Source: a bacterium UBP13_UBA5359 (GTDB lineage Bacteria; UBP13; UBA5359). Taken from it: a stretch of 64,000 bases of DNA. The translations under genes and the position numbers were made by a program. This document shows positions 11,136 through 23,226 of this stretch, in pieces (within the stretch, counting starts at the first letter, position 1; each line of letters begins with the position of its first letter). The stretch spans positions 330,397 through 394,396 of the forward strand of contig DHPR01000033.1 of NCBI GenBank assembly GCA_002410925.1, in the 5' to 3' direction. The notes under the pieces were generated by a model that worked only from the letters and a program-made list of their open reading frames with translations, was not told where the DNA came from and did no database searches.

Positions 11136-12242
11136 TTATGCCCGGATATATGCGCCTCCGGATAGTTGTTTAATATACCCTTTCAATTCCAATAATGTCA
11201 AGTCTGATCCTATCATGGCAGCGGAGCCGCCGGCAAGCATTATTATCTCTTCTGTAAAGCGGGGCTTGTAATCTATAAACTTCAGCAATGCGGCCTGGCT
11301 CTCTGTTAATGCTTCGAGCGTTTCTTCCTCACAGGAATTGAAAAGACGCAATTGCATACCCAGTGCTTCAATAATATCATCAACTCCTTCAATGAGAAGA
11401 GCGCCCTCTTTGATAAGCTTATGAGGGCCGCGGGACATGGGATTATCTATTGAACCGGGAACGGCCATCACATCCCGCCCCTGTTCCAGTGCTATATAAG
11501 CCGTTATCAATGCTCCGCTCTTATCTCCTGCCTCCACCACGATTACAGCCAGAGCCAGGCCGCTGATAATACGGTTCCGCTGTGGGAAATGCCAGGCTGC
11601 AGGGATTGATCTTAGGCAAAATTCCGATAGCAACGCCCCCGTTTCGACTATCTTATCAGCCAAACGGCAATTCTCCGATGGATAGATGTTATTCAGGCCG
11701 CTGCCCAGAACCGCCAGAGTTCGTCCGCCGGCCTTCAATGCGCCATAATGCGCCGCCGTATCTATGCCTCTGGCCAGGCCGCTGATAACAGTTATGCCCT
11801 GTTCTGCCAAACTACATGCTAATCTGGCGGCAATCTCCTTCCCCTGCTGCGTAGGCCTGCGTGAACCGACAATGGCCACAGACTTCTGATCATATGCGCT
11901 GAGGGTGCCTTTCACATACAAAGGATTGGGGGGATCATATATTTCCTTTAGATTTGCAGGATAACCATCATCGCCCGGTAAAAGTGCCAGACAGCCCGCT
12001 CTTGCCAAGCGATCCATTTCAGCTTCAGGAGTAGTGGACGCACGCAACTCGGATAATCGTGCGGCTAAATCTGCATCGAAACCGTTGATGGCCGCATCCG
12101 ATGCCTTCCAAAGAGCATCGGGACCGCCGAAGTATTTCAACAGCTCCGTTTTACGCTTGGGGGTCAAATCGAGCTGTCCGATAGCCACCATATACGGCAG
12201 CATATCGGCATCCCCATACTGTATGGTAAGATCGCAACTCAT
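11136..12242 (-). CDS. dprA: DNA processing protein DprA
   Basis: AIVGSR, SGLARGID, FPQRNRIISGL, SGALITA; next to topA. Confidence 0.95.
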   Translation of the reverse strand: MSCDLTIQYGDADMLPYMVAIGQLDLTPKRKTELLKYFGGPDALWKASDAAINGFDADLAARLSELRASTTPEAEMDRLARAGCLALLPGDDGYPANLKEIYDPPNPLYVKGTLSAYDQKSVAIVGSRRPTQQGKEIAARLACSLAEQGITVISGLARGIDTAAHYGALKAGGRTLAVLGSGLNNIYPSENCRLADKIVETGALLSEFCLRSIPAAWHFPQRNRIISGLALAVIVVEAGDKSGALITAYIALEQGRDVMAVPGSIDNPMSRGPHKLIKEGALLIEGVDDIIEALGMQLRLFNSCEEETLEALTESQAALLKFIDYKPRFTEEIIMLAGGSAAMIGSDLTLLELKGYIKQLSGGAYIRA

Positions 12243-12270
12243 AACTGTCTACGGTCTCCTGATATAATTA

Positions 12271-12299
12271 TCGGCCTGCCTCCATTGAGACAGACCGAT
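12271..12299 (-). terminator. Hairpin downstream of etfA
   Basis: Minus-strand ATCGGTCTGTCTC-AATG-GAGGCAGGCCGAT forms a 13-bp stem with G-U pairs; weak U-tract. Confidence 0.5.
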
Positions 12300-12320
12300 G
12301 TTAAATTAGGTTAATTGACG

Positions 12321-13508
12321 CTAGACGGCCGTTTGCTTTAATCGACGCGTAAGAGCAGGCAGTATCTCCAGCAAATCGCCTACAATGCCGTAGTGCGCCA
12401 CCTTGAATATAGGCGCATCGGGATCCTTGTTAATGGCTATTATCGTATCCGCAGATTGCATGCCGGCCAGATGCTGTACAGCACCGGATATTCCACAGGC
12501 GATATATATTTTAGGCTGAACAGTTTTTCCGGTCTGCCCCACCTGATGAATAGCCGGAGCCCATCCGGCATCAACAATGGCTCTGGAAGCGCCCACGGCG
12601 CCACCCAATGCCTCCGCCAGCTCTTTTATCAAATTAAGGTTTTCGGGCTTACCCAGGCCACGGCCGCCCGCTACTACGATCTCTGCTTCTTCAAGATTAA
12701 CACCCTGCCCGGCCTCTTTGATAACTTCCAGCAAGTCACATAACAGGCACTTTCCGTTAAGACAGGAATCTACAGGAAGGATTTCGCCAACGCAAGAGGT
12801 GTCACGCGGAGCCGGTTTGAAAACCTTGGGGCGAACAGTAGCCATCTGAGGGCGGTGATACGGGCAGAGTATGGTCGCCATAATATTGCCGCCAAAAGCA
12901 GGTCTGGTTTGTGCCAACAGCCCATCTTCATTTATATCCAGTTCGGTACAATCCGCTGTTAAGCCGGTATGGACTCGCGCTGCAATTCTTGAAGCCAAAT
13001 CACGACCTTGATTTGTTGCGCCTATCAGTACAATATTGGGTTTATAAGTGGTTATCAGGTTGGAGATGATATCCGTATAGGGTCCGGTCTGATAATGTGC
13101 CAGGCGTGGTTCCTGAGCTATATATACCTTTTTTGCTCCATGGCATATCAATTCATTAGCCATATCACCTATTTCTTCACCGAGAAGAAGAGCACATAAA
13201 TCCTGATGAAGCTTATCCGCCAGTTTTCGGCCCTCTCCTAGCAACTCCAGCGTTACGCTTCTTAGCCGTCCTTCATTATGTTCGGCAATAACCCATACAT
13301 CCTTATACTGACGGAGATCGATCTCTGCCTGCCTGTTATCTTCAACAACGATAGCGCCGAATTTGCAGGAATCGGCACAAGCGCCGCATCCGCTGCAGTT
13401 GTTCAGCAATCCGGCTCTCTTATCCTTTACTTCGATAGCGCCGAACGGGCAACTTTTCAGGCAGGCACTACATCCCACACATTTGTCATCAAGAATATAA
13501 ACACCCAT
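12321..13508 (-). CDS. etfA: Electron transfer flavoprotein alpha subunit with N-terminal 2[4Fe-4S] ferredoxin domain
   Basis: N-terminal CVGCSACLKSCP and CSGCGACADSC; TGLTADCT, RPAFGGN, QVGQTGK, GISGAVQH. Confidence 0.95.
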   Translation of the reverse strand: MGVYILDDKCVGCSACLKSCPFGAIEVKDKRAGLLNNCSGCGACADSCKFGAIVVEDNRQAEIDLRQYKDVWVIAEHNEGRLRSVTLELLGEGRKLADKLHQDLCALLLGEEIGDMANELICHGAKKVYIAQEPRLAHYQTGPYTDIISNLITTYKPNIVLIGATNQGRDLASRIAARVHTGLTADCTELDINEDGLLAQTRPAFGGNIMATILCPYHRPQMATVRPKVFKPAPRDTSCVGEILPVDSCLNGKCLLCDLLEVIKEAGQGVNLEEAEIVVAGGRGLGKPENLNLIKELAEALGGAVGASRAIVDAGWAPAIHQVGQTGKTVQPKIYIACGISGAVQHLAGMQSADTIIAINKDPDAPIFKVAHYGIVGDLLEILPALTRRLKQTAV

Positions 13509-13619
13509 TATTATCCTCCATAACAGAAGTCAAAAGCTGTAATTCAAAATGGCCGGAATATGCTTTTTCAATGAATAACAGCTTTCTCATTCCGACTCCT
13601 GAATTCCTGCTGTGCAGCG

Positions 13620-14399
13620 TCAAATATTCAGCTTCGTTATAACCTCGGCCAGGGTCTCCACGGCCTTCTCAGGTTCACCCTCCAGCATAACGGCTTTGGT
13701 GTTTCGCTGCGGAGTGAATATACTTACCACCCTGGTGGGGGAGCCGGCCAGGCCTGTTCGCTTTTCATCAGCGCCTATATCCGCCGCGTTCCAAACAGTA
13801 ATCTCCTTCTTCTTGGCAGCCAGTAAACCCCGCAATGAAGGGTACCGAGGCTCGTTTATCTGCTTGACAACGGTTACCAATACCGGAAGGGCTGTTTTTA
13901 TTACCTCATATCCATCTTCAAGCATGCGCTCCACCAACAGCATGCCGTCGTCCATCTTCATATGCTTGGCATAGGTCACCTGGGGTATACCAAGCTGCTC
14001 GGCAATTCCAGGTCCTACCTGAGCGGTATCGCCGTCTATAGCCTGCTTGCCGCCGATAATAAGATCGTAATCCCCAATCTTTCTAATGCCCATGGCCAGC
14101 GTATAGGCCGTAGCCAGCGTATCAGCGCCGGCAAAAGCTCTGTCGCTGAGCAAGACAGCATCATCTATCCCCATGGCTACAGCCTCTCTCAGAATATCTA
14201 TTGCCTGAGAAGGCCCCATAGTAATAGCCGTTACCTTACCGCCCACTGCTTCTTTAAGCTGAAGCGCTGCCTCCAGCGCATTGGCATCAAACGGATTTAC
14301 AATACTCTTGACACCATCCCGTATAAGGGTATTTGTTTCCGGATGTATCTTGACATCAGTGGTATCCGGCACCTGTTTTATACAGACAATTATATTCAT
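13620..14399 (-). CDS. etfB: Electron transfer flavoprotein beta subunit
   Basis: CIKQVPD, NPFD, KQAIDGDTAQVGP, INEPRYP. Confidence 0.96.
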   Translation of the reverse strand: MNIIVCIKQVPDTTDVKIHPETNTLIRDGVKSIVNPFDANALEAALQLKEAVGGKVTAITMGPSQAIDILREAVAMGIDDAVLLSDRAFAGADTLATAYTLAMGIRKIGDYDLIIGGKQAIDGDTAQVGPGIAEQLGIPQVTYAKHMKMDDGMLLVERMLEDGYEVIKTALPVLVTVVKQINEPRYPSLRGLLAAKKKEITVWNAADIGADEKRTGLAGSPTRVVSIFTPQRNTKAVMLEGEPEKAVETLAEVITKLNI

Positions 14400-14415
14400 A
14401 TTCTTCCTCCGTCCA

Positions 14416-15552
14416 TCACCTCAGAAGATGATTGGCGATAACCAGTCTCTGTATCTCCGAAGTTCCTTCGACTATTTCAAAGAGCTTGGCTTCACGCATC
14501 AGGCGCTCAACCGTGTATTCCTTGGTATAACCGTAGCCGCCATGTATCTGGACCGCTTTTGTAGTTGCTCTCATGGCTGTTTCCGAGGCAAATAGCTTGG
14601 CCATAGCGGCTTCCTTCTCATAAGGTATACCCTGGTCTTTCAGGAAGGCGGCTCTTAGGACCAGCAAACGGGAGGCATCAACTTCAGTAGCCATATCGGC
14701 AAGCATTGCCTGAATCAGTTCAAAACTGGATATAGGCTTACCAAACTGAACTCTTACCTTTGAATACTCCAGCGCTTCATCCAGGGCTGCCTGAGCCAAA
14801 CCGACAGCTCCTATACCCATGCCGATACGCCCTACTCCCAGAGTTTCCAGAGCTACACGAAAGCCTCTCTTCTCCTTGCCCAGCAGGTTCTCCTTAGGGA
14901 CTTTACAATCGGTGAAAATCAATTCACGATTAGGCAGAGAGCTGTAGGCCATCTTCTTCTCGTTCTTACCAATCTCAAATCCAGGCGTATCCTTCTCAAC
15001 GATGAAAGCCGTAAGCCCGCGCGCACCCTTATTGATATCCATATTAGCAATAATTACATAAATATCCGCTTCTCCGGCATTGGTAATGAAAACCTTGCTG
15101 CCGTTGAGAAGATAGTGATCACCGGCATCTACTGCCCTGGTTCTGACATTTCCGGCATCGGAACCTGCGTTGGGTTCCGTCAGGCCGAAAGCGCCTACAA
15201 CCTCTCCTTTGGCCAGCGGCACCAGATATTTCTTCTTCTGCTCTTCGTTTCCAAAGAAATAGATAGGATAGATGCAGAGCATATCGGCGCCAAACACTGC
15301 TCCGGTAGTAGTGCAGGCCCGCGAAATCTCCTCACCTACCATGGCCCAGGTTGTAAAATCAAGTCCGGCTCCACCATATTCTTCAGGTATGGGTATTCCC
15401 ATAAGATCCATTTCAGCCATCTGCCGTATATTCTCCCAGGGCATCTCTCCACTCTCGTCCACCTTGCGAGCCCTGGGTTTGAGAACGCCGTCGGCATATT
15501 CCTTGACCATTTCCATAATCATCTGTTGCTCTTCTGAAAGATTGAAATTCAC
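14416..15552 (-). CDS. Acyl-CoA dehydrogenase (Bcd-like)
   Basis: FGLTEPNAGSD, NGSKVFITN, RVQFGKPI, QIHGGYGY, EIVEGTSEIQR. GTG start at 15552 follows GGAGAGG. Confidence 0.93.
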   Translation of the reverse strand: MNFNLSEEQQMIMEMVKEYADGVLKPRARKVDESGEMPWENIRQMAEMDLMGIPIPEEYGGAGLDFTTWAMVGEEISRACTTTGAVFGADMLCIYPIYFFGNEEQKKKYLVPLAKGEVVGAFGLTEPNAGSDAGNVRTRAVDAGDHYLLNGSKVFITNAGEADIYVIIANMDINKGARGLTAFIVEKDTPGFEIGKNEKKMAYSSLPNRELIFTDCKVPKENLLGKEKRGFRVALETLGVGRIGMGIGAVGLAQAALDEALEYSKVRVQFGKPISSFELIQAMLADMATEVDASRLLVLRAAFLKDQGIPYEKEAAMAKLFASETAMRATTKAVQIHGGYGYTKEYTVERLMREAKLFEIVEGTSEIQRLVIANHLLR

Positions 15553-15629
15553 TCTTACCTCTCCCCCCGTAAGTGCATTAATGATCAGCCTGCGGAACAA
15601 TGATGGCTGCAGGCATCATACTCTCTGGC

Positions 15630-15659
15630 ATTATAAAGCACGTGAGAAAGGGTTGTCAA
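15630..15659 (-). promoter_or_regulatory. Sigma70-type promoter for the acyl-CoA dehydrogenase-etfBA operon
   Basis: TTGACA-18-TATAAT on the minus strand. Confidence 0.75.
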
Positions 15660-15684
15660 TCAGCCTGGCCGACGGAAAGATAAA

Positions 15685-16575
15685 TCAGAACACCTGATGC
15701 CGTTTAAAACCTTCTCCCAGAACCTCATGAGTATCAGCCATTATTACAAAGGCTTTCGGATCAATCCCATTAATAATATCTTTAAGCTTTCCTCTTTCAA
15801 CTCTATTGATGACGCAAAGCAGCACCTGGCGCTTCTGCCCGCTATACAGCCCCTCGCCTTCCAGCCCGGTTACGCCTCTACCAAGGTCCCCCAAGATGGC
15901 GGCTGCGATATCTTCTGAATAATCTGAGATAATTATCGCCATTTTGCTAACACTAACACCCTCTTGCACCAGATCTATCACACGGGTATTAATGTATAGA
16001 TTTATTAAGGCAAAAAGGGCCAGCTCAGCATTAAAAACTACCCCGGCTATAGCAATAATTATGAAGTCCACAATCAACAATGCTTGCCCAACAGTAAGAG
16101 AGGTAAACCGGTGCACCAACCGAGCTATCATATCCGTGCCGCCCGTAGTGCCCCTAAAGCGAAAAACAATACCCATGCCTATACCGGTAAGCAGGCCTCC
16201 GTATATGGCCGCCAGAAGCAGATTATGGGTTATAACCGGTGCGAACGACGCAAAGAGATCCACTTCGAGAGAGAGAATAATAGTGGCAATCAACGTCCTG
16301 AGGCCGAAGCCGACTCCCAAAATTTTTATGCCGGCATAGAAAAGCGGTATATTAAGGACAAGAATGGTCGTTCCCACAGGAGCTCGTAACAGATAATGCA
16401 AAATTATCGCCAGACCGGATACGCCGCCACCGGCGATCTTGTTGGGAACCAAAAAAACATCCAGACCGATTGCGACCATCGTCACGCCGATAAGTATACC
16501 GGCATAATCAATCGCAATTCTCTTCCAGTTATGCTCTGTTAATCTGTAACCGGGCAATCTCTTCAAGCTTTGCAA
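15685..16575 (-). CDS. YitT-family membrane protein
   Basis: GGGVSGL, LNIPLF, GTTGGTD, RGVT, IDPKAFV, EVLGEGF. Confidence 0.9.
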   Translation of the reverse strand: MQSLKRLPGYRLTEHNWKRIAIDYAGILIGVTMVAIGLDVFLVPNKIAGGGVSGLAIILHYLLRAPVGTTILVLNIPLFYAGIKILGVGFGLRTLIATIILSLEVDLFASFAPVITHNLLLAAIYGGLLTGIGMGIVFRFRGTTGGTDMIARLVHRFTSLTVGQALLIVDFIIIAIAGVVFNAELALFALINLYINTRVIDLVQEGVSVSKMAIIISDYSEDIAAAILGDLGRGVTGLEGEGLYSGQKRQVLLCVINRVERGKLKDIINGIDPKAFVIMADTHEVLGEGFKRHQVF

Positions 16576-16629
16576 TGGCGCTCACCGCTATTACTATTTC
16601 CTGGCGGAAATAAAATTATGCAGGCTTAT

Positions 16630-19069
<2,440 letters not shown>

Positions 19070-19075
19070 TAAACC

Positions 19076-19852
19076 TCACCTGCCTAAAAAAGTGAAAGAT
19101 ATACCAATCGCAATCAAGAAACAGATCAGGCCAAAGAGATAAGCCAGATAGCGACGTTCATCATAGCTGAGCTTCAGCTCTCCGCTTAAAGTCGATAGCA
19201 AGGCTGCAGACATGAAAGGAATGCCCGGAACACTTTGCCGATAAGCGAAAGCTATTATACCGGCTACAACTAAAGATAAGGAGAGCAGAATATATCGAAA
19301 AGAATTAAAGAGCTTAAGCTTTCTTATTACCAGAACGAATAAGAAAAAGAAGAGCACATCTCCCAAACCGAAGAGCGGCAAATGCGGGCCGCCAGCGGGT
19401 CCCGGATAAGTAACGATCATCTTATCGACAAGGGCTTCATTCTGTAGCATTTTGGCAGTGGGACCATAGTAAACACTCCAAATATCAGCCAAAGCAGCTA
19501 CCAAAGCTATAGGAAAAAGTATGTTCACCTCCCGGATCAGCAGGCTTACGATATAAGCCAGCCATATGGCGGAAGCCATTATCCAAAGGTTAATCATGAC
19601 TTCATGCAGCACATATCTGGAGGCAATAAGAAAGAGCAGACCGCTTATTATCAAGCCGACCGCCAAGCCGCTGGAGAAATCCATCCTTGAAAGAAAATAT
19701 GTCGACAGGCAAAGTGTAAGTATGCCGACAAAATAAGGTAATGCACCGCTTATTCCTGCCTGGCTCGCAGTCATACCGCTGATGATACTCATTGCCAAAT
19801 AGCCGAGTATCAGAATCATAATCCCGGGCAATGCTTTTTTTAGATTCGACAA
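19076..19852 (-). CDS. Polytopic membrane protein, presenilin/signal-peptide-peptidase-like GxGD aspartyl protease
   Basis: Mostly hydrophobic, about 9 TM segments; ADIWSVYYGP, FGLGDVLF and PGIPF in the order of the A22 YD / GxGD / PAL motifs. Confidence 0.65.
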   Translation of the reverse strand: MSNLKKALPGIMILILGYLAMSIISGMTASQAGISGALPYFVGILTLCLSTYFLSRMDFSSGLAVGLIISGLLFLIASRYVLHEVMINLWIMASAIWLAYIVSLLIREVNILFPIALVAALADIWSVYYGPTAKMLQNEALVDKMIVTYPGPAGGPHLPLFGLGDVLFFFLFVLVIRKLKLFNSFRYILLSLSLVVAGIIAFAYRQSVPGIPFMSAALLSTLSGELKLSYDERRYLAYLFGLICFLIAIGISFTFLGR

Positions 19853-19966
19853 TTACCTCACCTCTTAAAGGGTATACATACTTATTCTCTAAGAAGGGAA
19901 GATATCCTTCTACAGTACCCTCGGCCGTCGTTTCTTACAGATAGCCTCTTTTGCTTCGGCATTATA

Positions 19967-21070
19967 TCAAAGCACCAATATATCCGGGCGACGATAGACT
20001 TTACCGTTTATCTCATGCGACAATAATGGCCAGGCACTTGTCTTGGAAATAATAGAAGATCCGTCAGGCATAGTCAATATCGTATCCTCTGATTTTGTGC
20101 CGCATATAGACGGATTCCAGGCAAAGGCCTGGTAGGGCTGCACTATCTCTGTTGAAGAGAGCATCCCCTTATAATCTCTGCCTGCATAGCCGGTAGCGCC
20201 TCCCTGGTGATGCAAACGCCATTCATCGGCATATCCGGTCTCTTCATAAACACGACGGCCACAATCAAAAACTGCGGCTACTGCAGCTCCCGGCGTGGTA
20301 GCCTCGATATAAGCGGCCTCCACTCTGGTCACTGCATTATGCTTGCGCCGCAATTCTAAAGGCACTTGGCCGATGTGCACCATTCTGCTCATAGAGATTA
20401 TCAATCCGTTGCGACGGCCGCAAACCACCAGCATGGCAACGCGATTGAAAGCCTTGTCGGTCGGCAAAGGATGACGATAACGCTCAATACGTTCATCCAC
20501 AGCTATCAGCAACGTTACCGGAACAACATGTCGGCCCATAAGAGCCTCTGACAGAATACCGGCCATGGTGCACTCTCTCATGCCTGGTTTAATGGACGGT
20601 GCTACTTCATCCATAGCAGCGGACGTATCTGCTCCCACTTGCCTATATCTGTCGATTTCCTCCGGCAATAACGAGTATCGCAAAGCTGCTATGTCGGCTG
20701 ACACATCCACAGCGCCGGCAAAGGGAATATCCGATCCCGTCGATTTTTCAAAGAGACGCTCTTGTACAGCTGACGGCATCGCATACCAGGGTTCTTCAAT
20801 CAAGCTAACTTCCACGCCGCTTAATTCTTCTTCTCTTAATCTGGGCGCTTCTATATTATTGGTAATAAGATAATCCTTTTCCAAAGTCAGCAATAGAGTT
20901 GCTGAAGCCTTCTCAGAAGCAATGGAGACGTATGCTTCAGCACCGCATAGATACCATGTAACGTTAGCCAGCCTCCCCAGCAAAAGAAGATCCAGTCCCT
21001 GCCTTTGCATATACTCTCTTATACGGGTTCTTTTCTGCTCAAACTCTCTGCTGATGCCGTCATCAATCAT
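19967..21070 (-). CDS. M24-family (Xaa-Pro peptidase/creatinase-fold) protein
   Basis: Creatinase-like N domain, HHQGG, NPS, KSEDT. ATG at 21070 follows GGGAGG. Confidence 0.8.
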   Translation of the reverse strand: MIDDGISREFEQKRTRIREYMQRQGLDLLLLGRLANVTWYLCGAEAYVSIASEKASATLLLTLEKDYLITNNIEAPRLREEELSGVEVSLIEEPWYAMPSAVQERLFEKSTGSDIPFAGAVDVSADIAALRYSLLPEEIDRYRQVGADTSAAMDEVAPSIKPGMRECTMAGILSEALMGRHVVPVTLLIAVDERIERYRHPLPTDKAFNRVAMLVVCGRRNGLIISMSRMVHIGQVPLELRRKHNAVTRVEAAYIEATTPGAAVAAVFDCGRRVYEETGYADEWRLHHQGGATGYAGRDYKGMLSSTEIVQPYQAFAWNPSICGTKSEDTILTMPDGSSIISKTSAWPLLSHEINGKVYRRPDILVL

Positions 21071-21102
21071 CTCTCGCTTATACCTCCCTGACCGCAAAAT
21101 AG

Positions 21103-21156
21103 ACCGGTATACAGAGCAGGGCATATTCCAGAATATGCCCTGCTCTGTATACCGGT
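21103..21156. repeat. Long inverted repeat (26-bp perfect arms, 2-nt spacer)
   Basis: ACCGGTATACAGAGCAGGGCATATTC-CA-GAATATGCCCTGCTCTGTATACCGGT. Confidence 0.9.
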
Positions 21157-21180
21157 TTCAAAGGCTCTACAAATGACATT

Positions 21181-22383
21181 CTATTTCTTTTCTTTGTCCG
21201 CCGCCTTAGCGGAATTCTGCTCGGCTTTCTGCGCCGCCTGCTGCCGTTGCTGAGCTTGTATCATCTGCGCCATCTGCTTGCCGTATATCTCCTGAGCCAG
21301 TTTCTCCTCATCCGCCGCTTTATTCTGCATACCCATCTCCTTATATATACCGGAGAGATTATAATGTATTAAAAAATCGGCATAAGATAGATCGGAGGCA
21401 TCCTCATATTGAAGCAACGCCGCATCCCGCTTGCCCTGTTTGCGATAAATATTTCCCAGCGCCAAATGTAAATCTGCACTGCTTCCACGTTTGAGGGCTC
21501 TATCATAGGCTTCTTCCGCTTTGGCAAGCCGGTTCTTTTTCTCATATAACTGCCCTATTTGGTAATAGACGGAAGCAATATAAGGATCGTAAGGATTCTG
21601 CTTCAATGCTTTTTCAAAGGCCAGCAAGGCTTTATCGTCCTTCCCCTCCGAGAGGTGTTTATAAGCTCTGATTTCTGCATCGACCACCTGTATATCTGCA
21701 CTCTTACGAAGATCGGCCATCCACTTGGCAAGAGCCGTAGATTGTCTCTCTCTAAGTAGCTGCTCGCGAACCTCCTTAGCCTTGTCATTGAATTCTTTTC
21801 CTGCAGGCTCCTTCTTGTATTGATCTTTATATGCCTTCTTGACATCGGCATCGCTGACATTGACAGCCTGTTTTTGTTTATCCACCAATGCCTGAAGTCT
21901 CATGCCTTCAGTGATTTCACGCCGTAACATATTGACATCATAGCCCAGAGCTCTCAAGCGCTCACGAAATGCTTTATCCGAAGGGAAAGACTTTCTAATT
22001 TCGCCCATCCGCTTCTGCACATCTTTACGGCCGATTTTGATCTTCGTTCTATCGGCCTCCTGCAGAAGTATCATTCTATCCGATATTTCTTCCAGTAGTT
22101 GCGCCTTCACAGCTGTGGCATCGGTCTCTTTAAACTGCCCTCCGCCGGGTTGTTCCTTATATGCTGCGACGCGCCTGGCAAACTCCCTATCGAAGTTTGC
22201 TCGAAGCAAGGGCTTTCCGCCGACAACAGCCACCTCTCGAGACAAGTTCTGCCCCTTTTCAGTATTCGACATCATGTTCCCGCCATACATATAAAAGGCA
22301 GAGATGAGAAATATAGCGGCAATGACGCCCATCCCCCATTTCATGGTAGTTCCGAATTTTTTTCGGATATAGATTATCGACAT
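21181..22383 (-). CDS. SurA/PpiD N-terminal chaperone domain plus TPR protein
   Basis: N-terminal TM anchor, VAVVGGKPL...LLQEADR SurA_N pattern, C-terminal TPRs (YYQIGQLY, HLALGNIY); no parvulin domain seen. Confidence 0.75.
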   Translation of the reverse strand: MSIIYIRKKFGTTMKWGMGVIAAIFLISAFYMYGGNMMSNTEKGQNLSREVAVVGGKPLLRANFDREFARRVAAYKEQPGGGQFKETDATAVKAQLLEEISDRMILLQEADRTKIKIGRKDVQKRMGEIRKSFPSDKAFRERLRALGYDVNMLRREITEGMRLQALVDKQKQAVNVSDADVKKAYKDQYKKEPAGKEFNDKAKEVREQLLRERQSTALAKWMADLRKSADIQVVDAEIRAYKHLSEGKDDKALLAFEKALKQNPYDPYIASVYYQIGQLYEKKNRLAKAEEAYDRALKRGSSADLHLALGNIYRKQGKRDAALLQYEDASDLSYADFLIHYNLSGIYKEMGMQNKAADEEKLAQEIYGKQMAQMIQAQQRQQAAQKAEQNSAKAADKEKK

Positions 22384-22575
22384 ATCTATCTCTTCTCCTT
22401 TGGTCTTAAGAAATCGGAGGCCGGAATTTCAGTTAACCCGAGCACACTTCCTCAAAAAACGGAAATGTTAATTCTGACCACAGAATTCTTTTCGCTGATT
22501 AGCCACCTCATTATAATACAGGACGGCTTTTCCTCCAACCCCACCCGAATGCGGAGGTACATATATCATTTCAAT

Positions 22576-23226
22576 TTATGGTCTCCCCTCTTCTGTAACC
22601 TCCCCGTTAGTATCGAGACCCTGCCGAATAGCCTCGGCTATGCCATCCATCATGCGATGCCCGATCTCATTCAGTAAAAGACGATCGTATTTTTCTGCGC
22701 GCAGATCATCCAGGTACAAAGGTTCGCCAATAATTGCCTTTACCGGATGCGGATGTAAAATAACTCCGCCCGGCGGCAAAACGGCAGCCGTGCCGATCAG
22801 ACCTAGCGGCACTACCGGCACATTGCTTTGTGCTGCCACCAGAGCTGCGCCGGCTTCAGCCGACTGCAAGGTGCCATCCAAACTGCGCCGTCCCTCCGGG
22901 AAAATACAGACTACATTGCCATCATGCAGCAATGCTCGAGCACGCTTCAGGGCACCTCTATCAGCAGTGCCGCGCTTTACGGGAAAGGCTCCCGTTCCGG
23001 CAATAATAGAACCCATTACAGGAATCTCAAAGAGCTCTTGCTTGGCCATAAAATAGATGCTCCGGCTGATAGCAGCACCGACAAGAGGAGGGTCCAGATA
23101 GCTGACGTGATTGGCCACCAGCAAACAACCGCCGCTTCTGGGAATATCCGCCCCCATAACCTCCATCCTGCAGAATATCTTGAAAAAAGTTCGGCATATG
23201 GCTCGCCCGAAACGATATAGCATCAT
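22576..23226 (-). CDS. plsC: 1-acyl-sn-glycerol-3-phosphate acyltransferase
   Basis: NHVSYLD and FPEGRRS motifs; follows cmk. Confidence 0.9.
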   Translation of the reverse strand: MMLYRFGRAICRTFFKIFCRMEVMGADIPRSGGCLLVANHVSYLDPPLVGAAISRSIYFMAKQELFEIPVMGSIIAGTGAFPVKRGTADRGALKRARALLHDGNVVCIFPEGRRSLDGTLQSAEAGAALVAAQSNVPVVPLGLIGTAAVLPPGGVILHPHPVKAIIGEPLYLDDLRAEKYDRLLLNEIGHRMMDGIAEAIRQGLDTNGEVTEEGRP

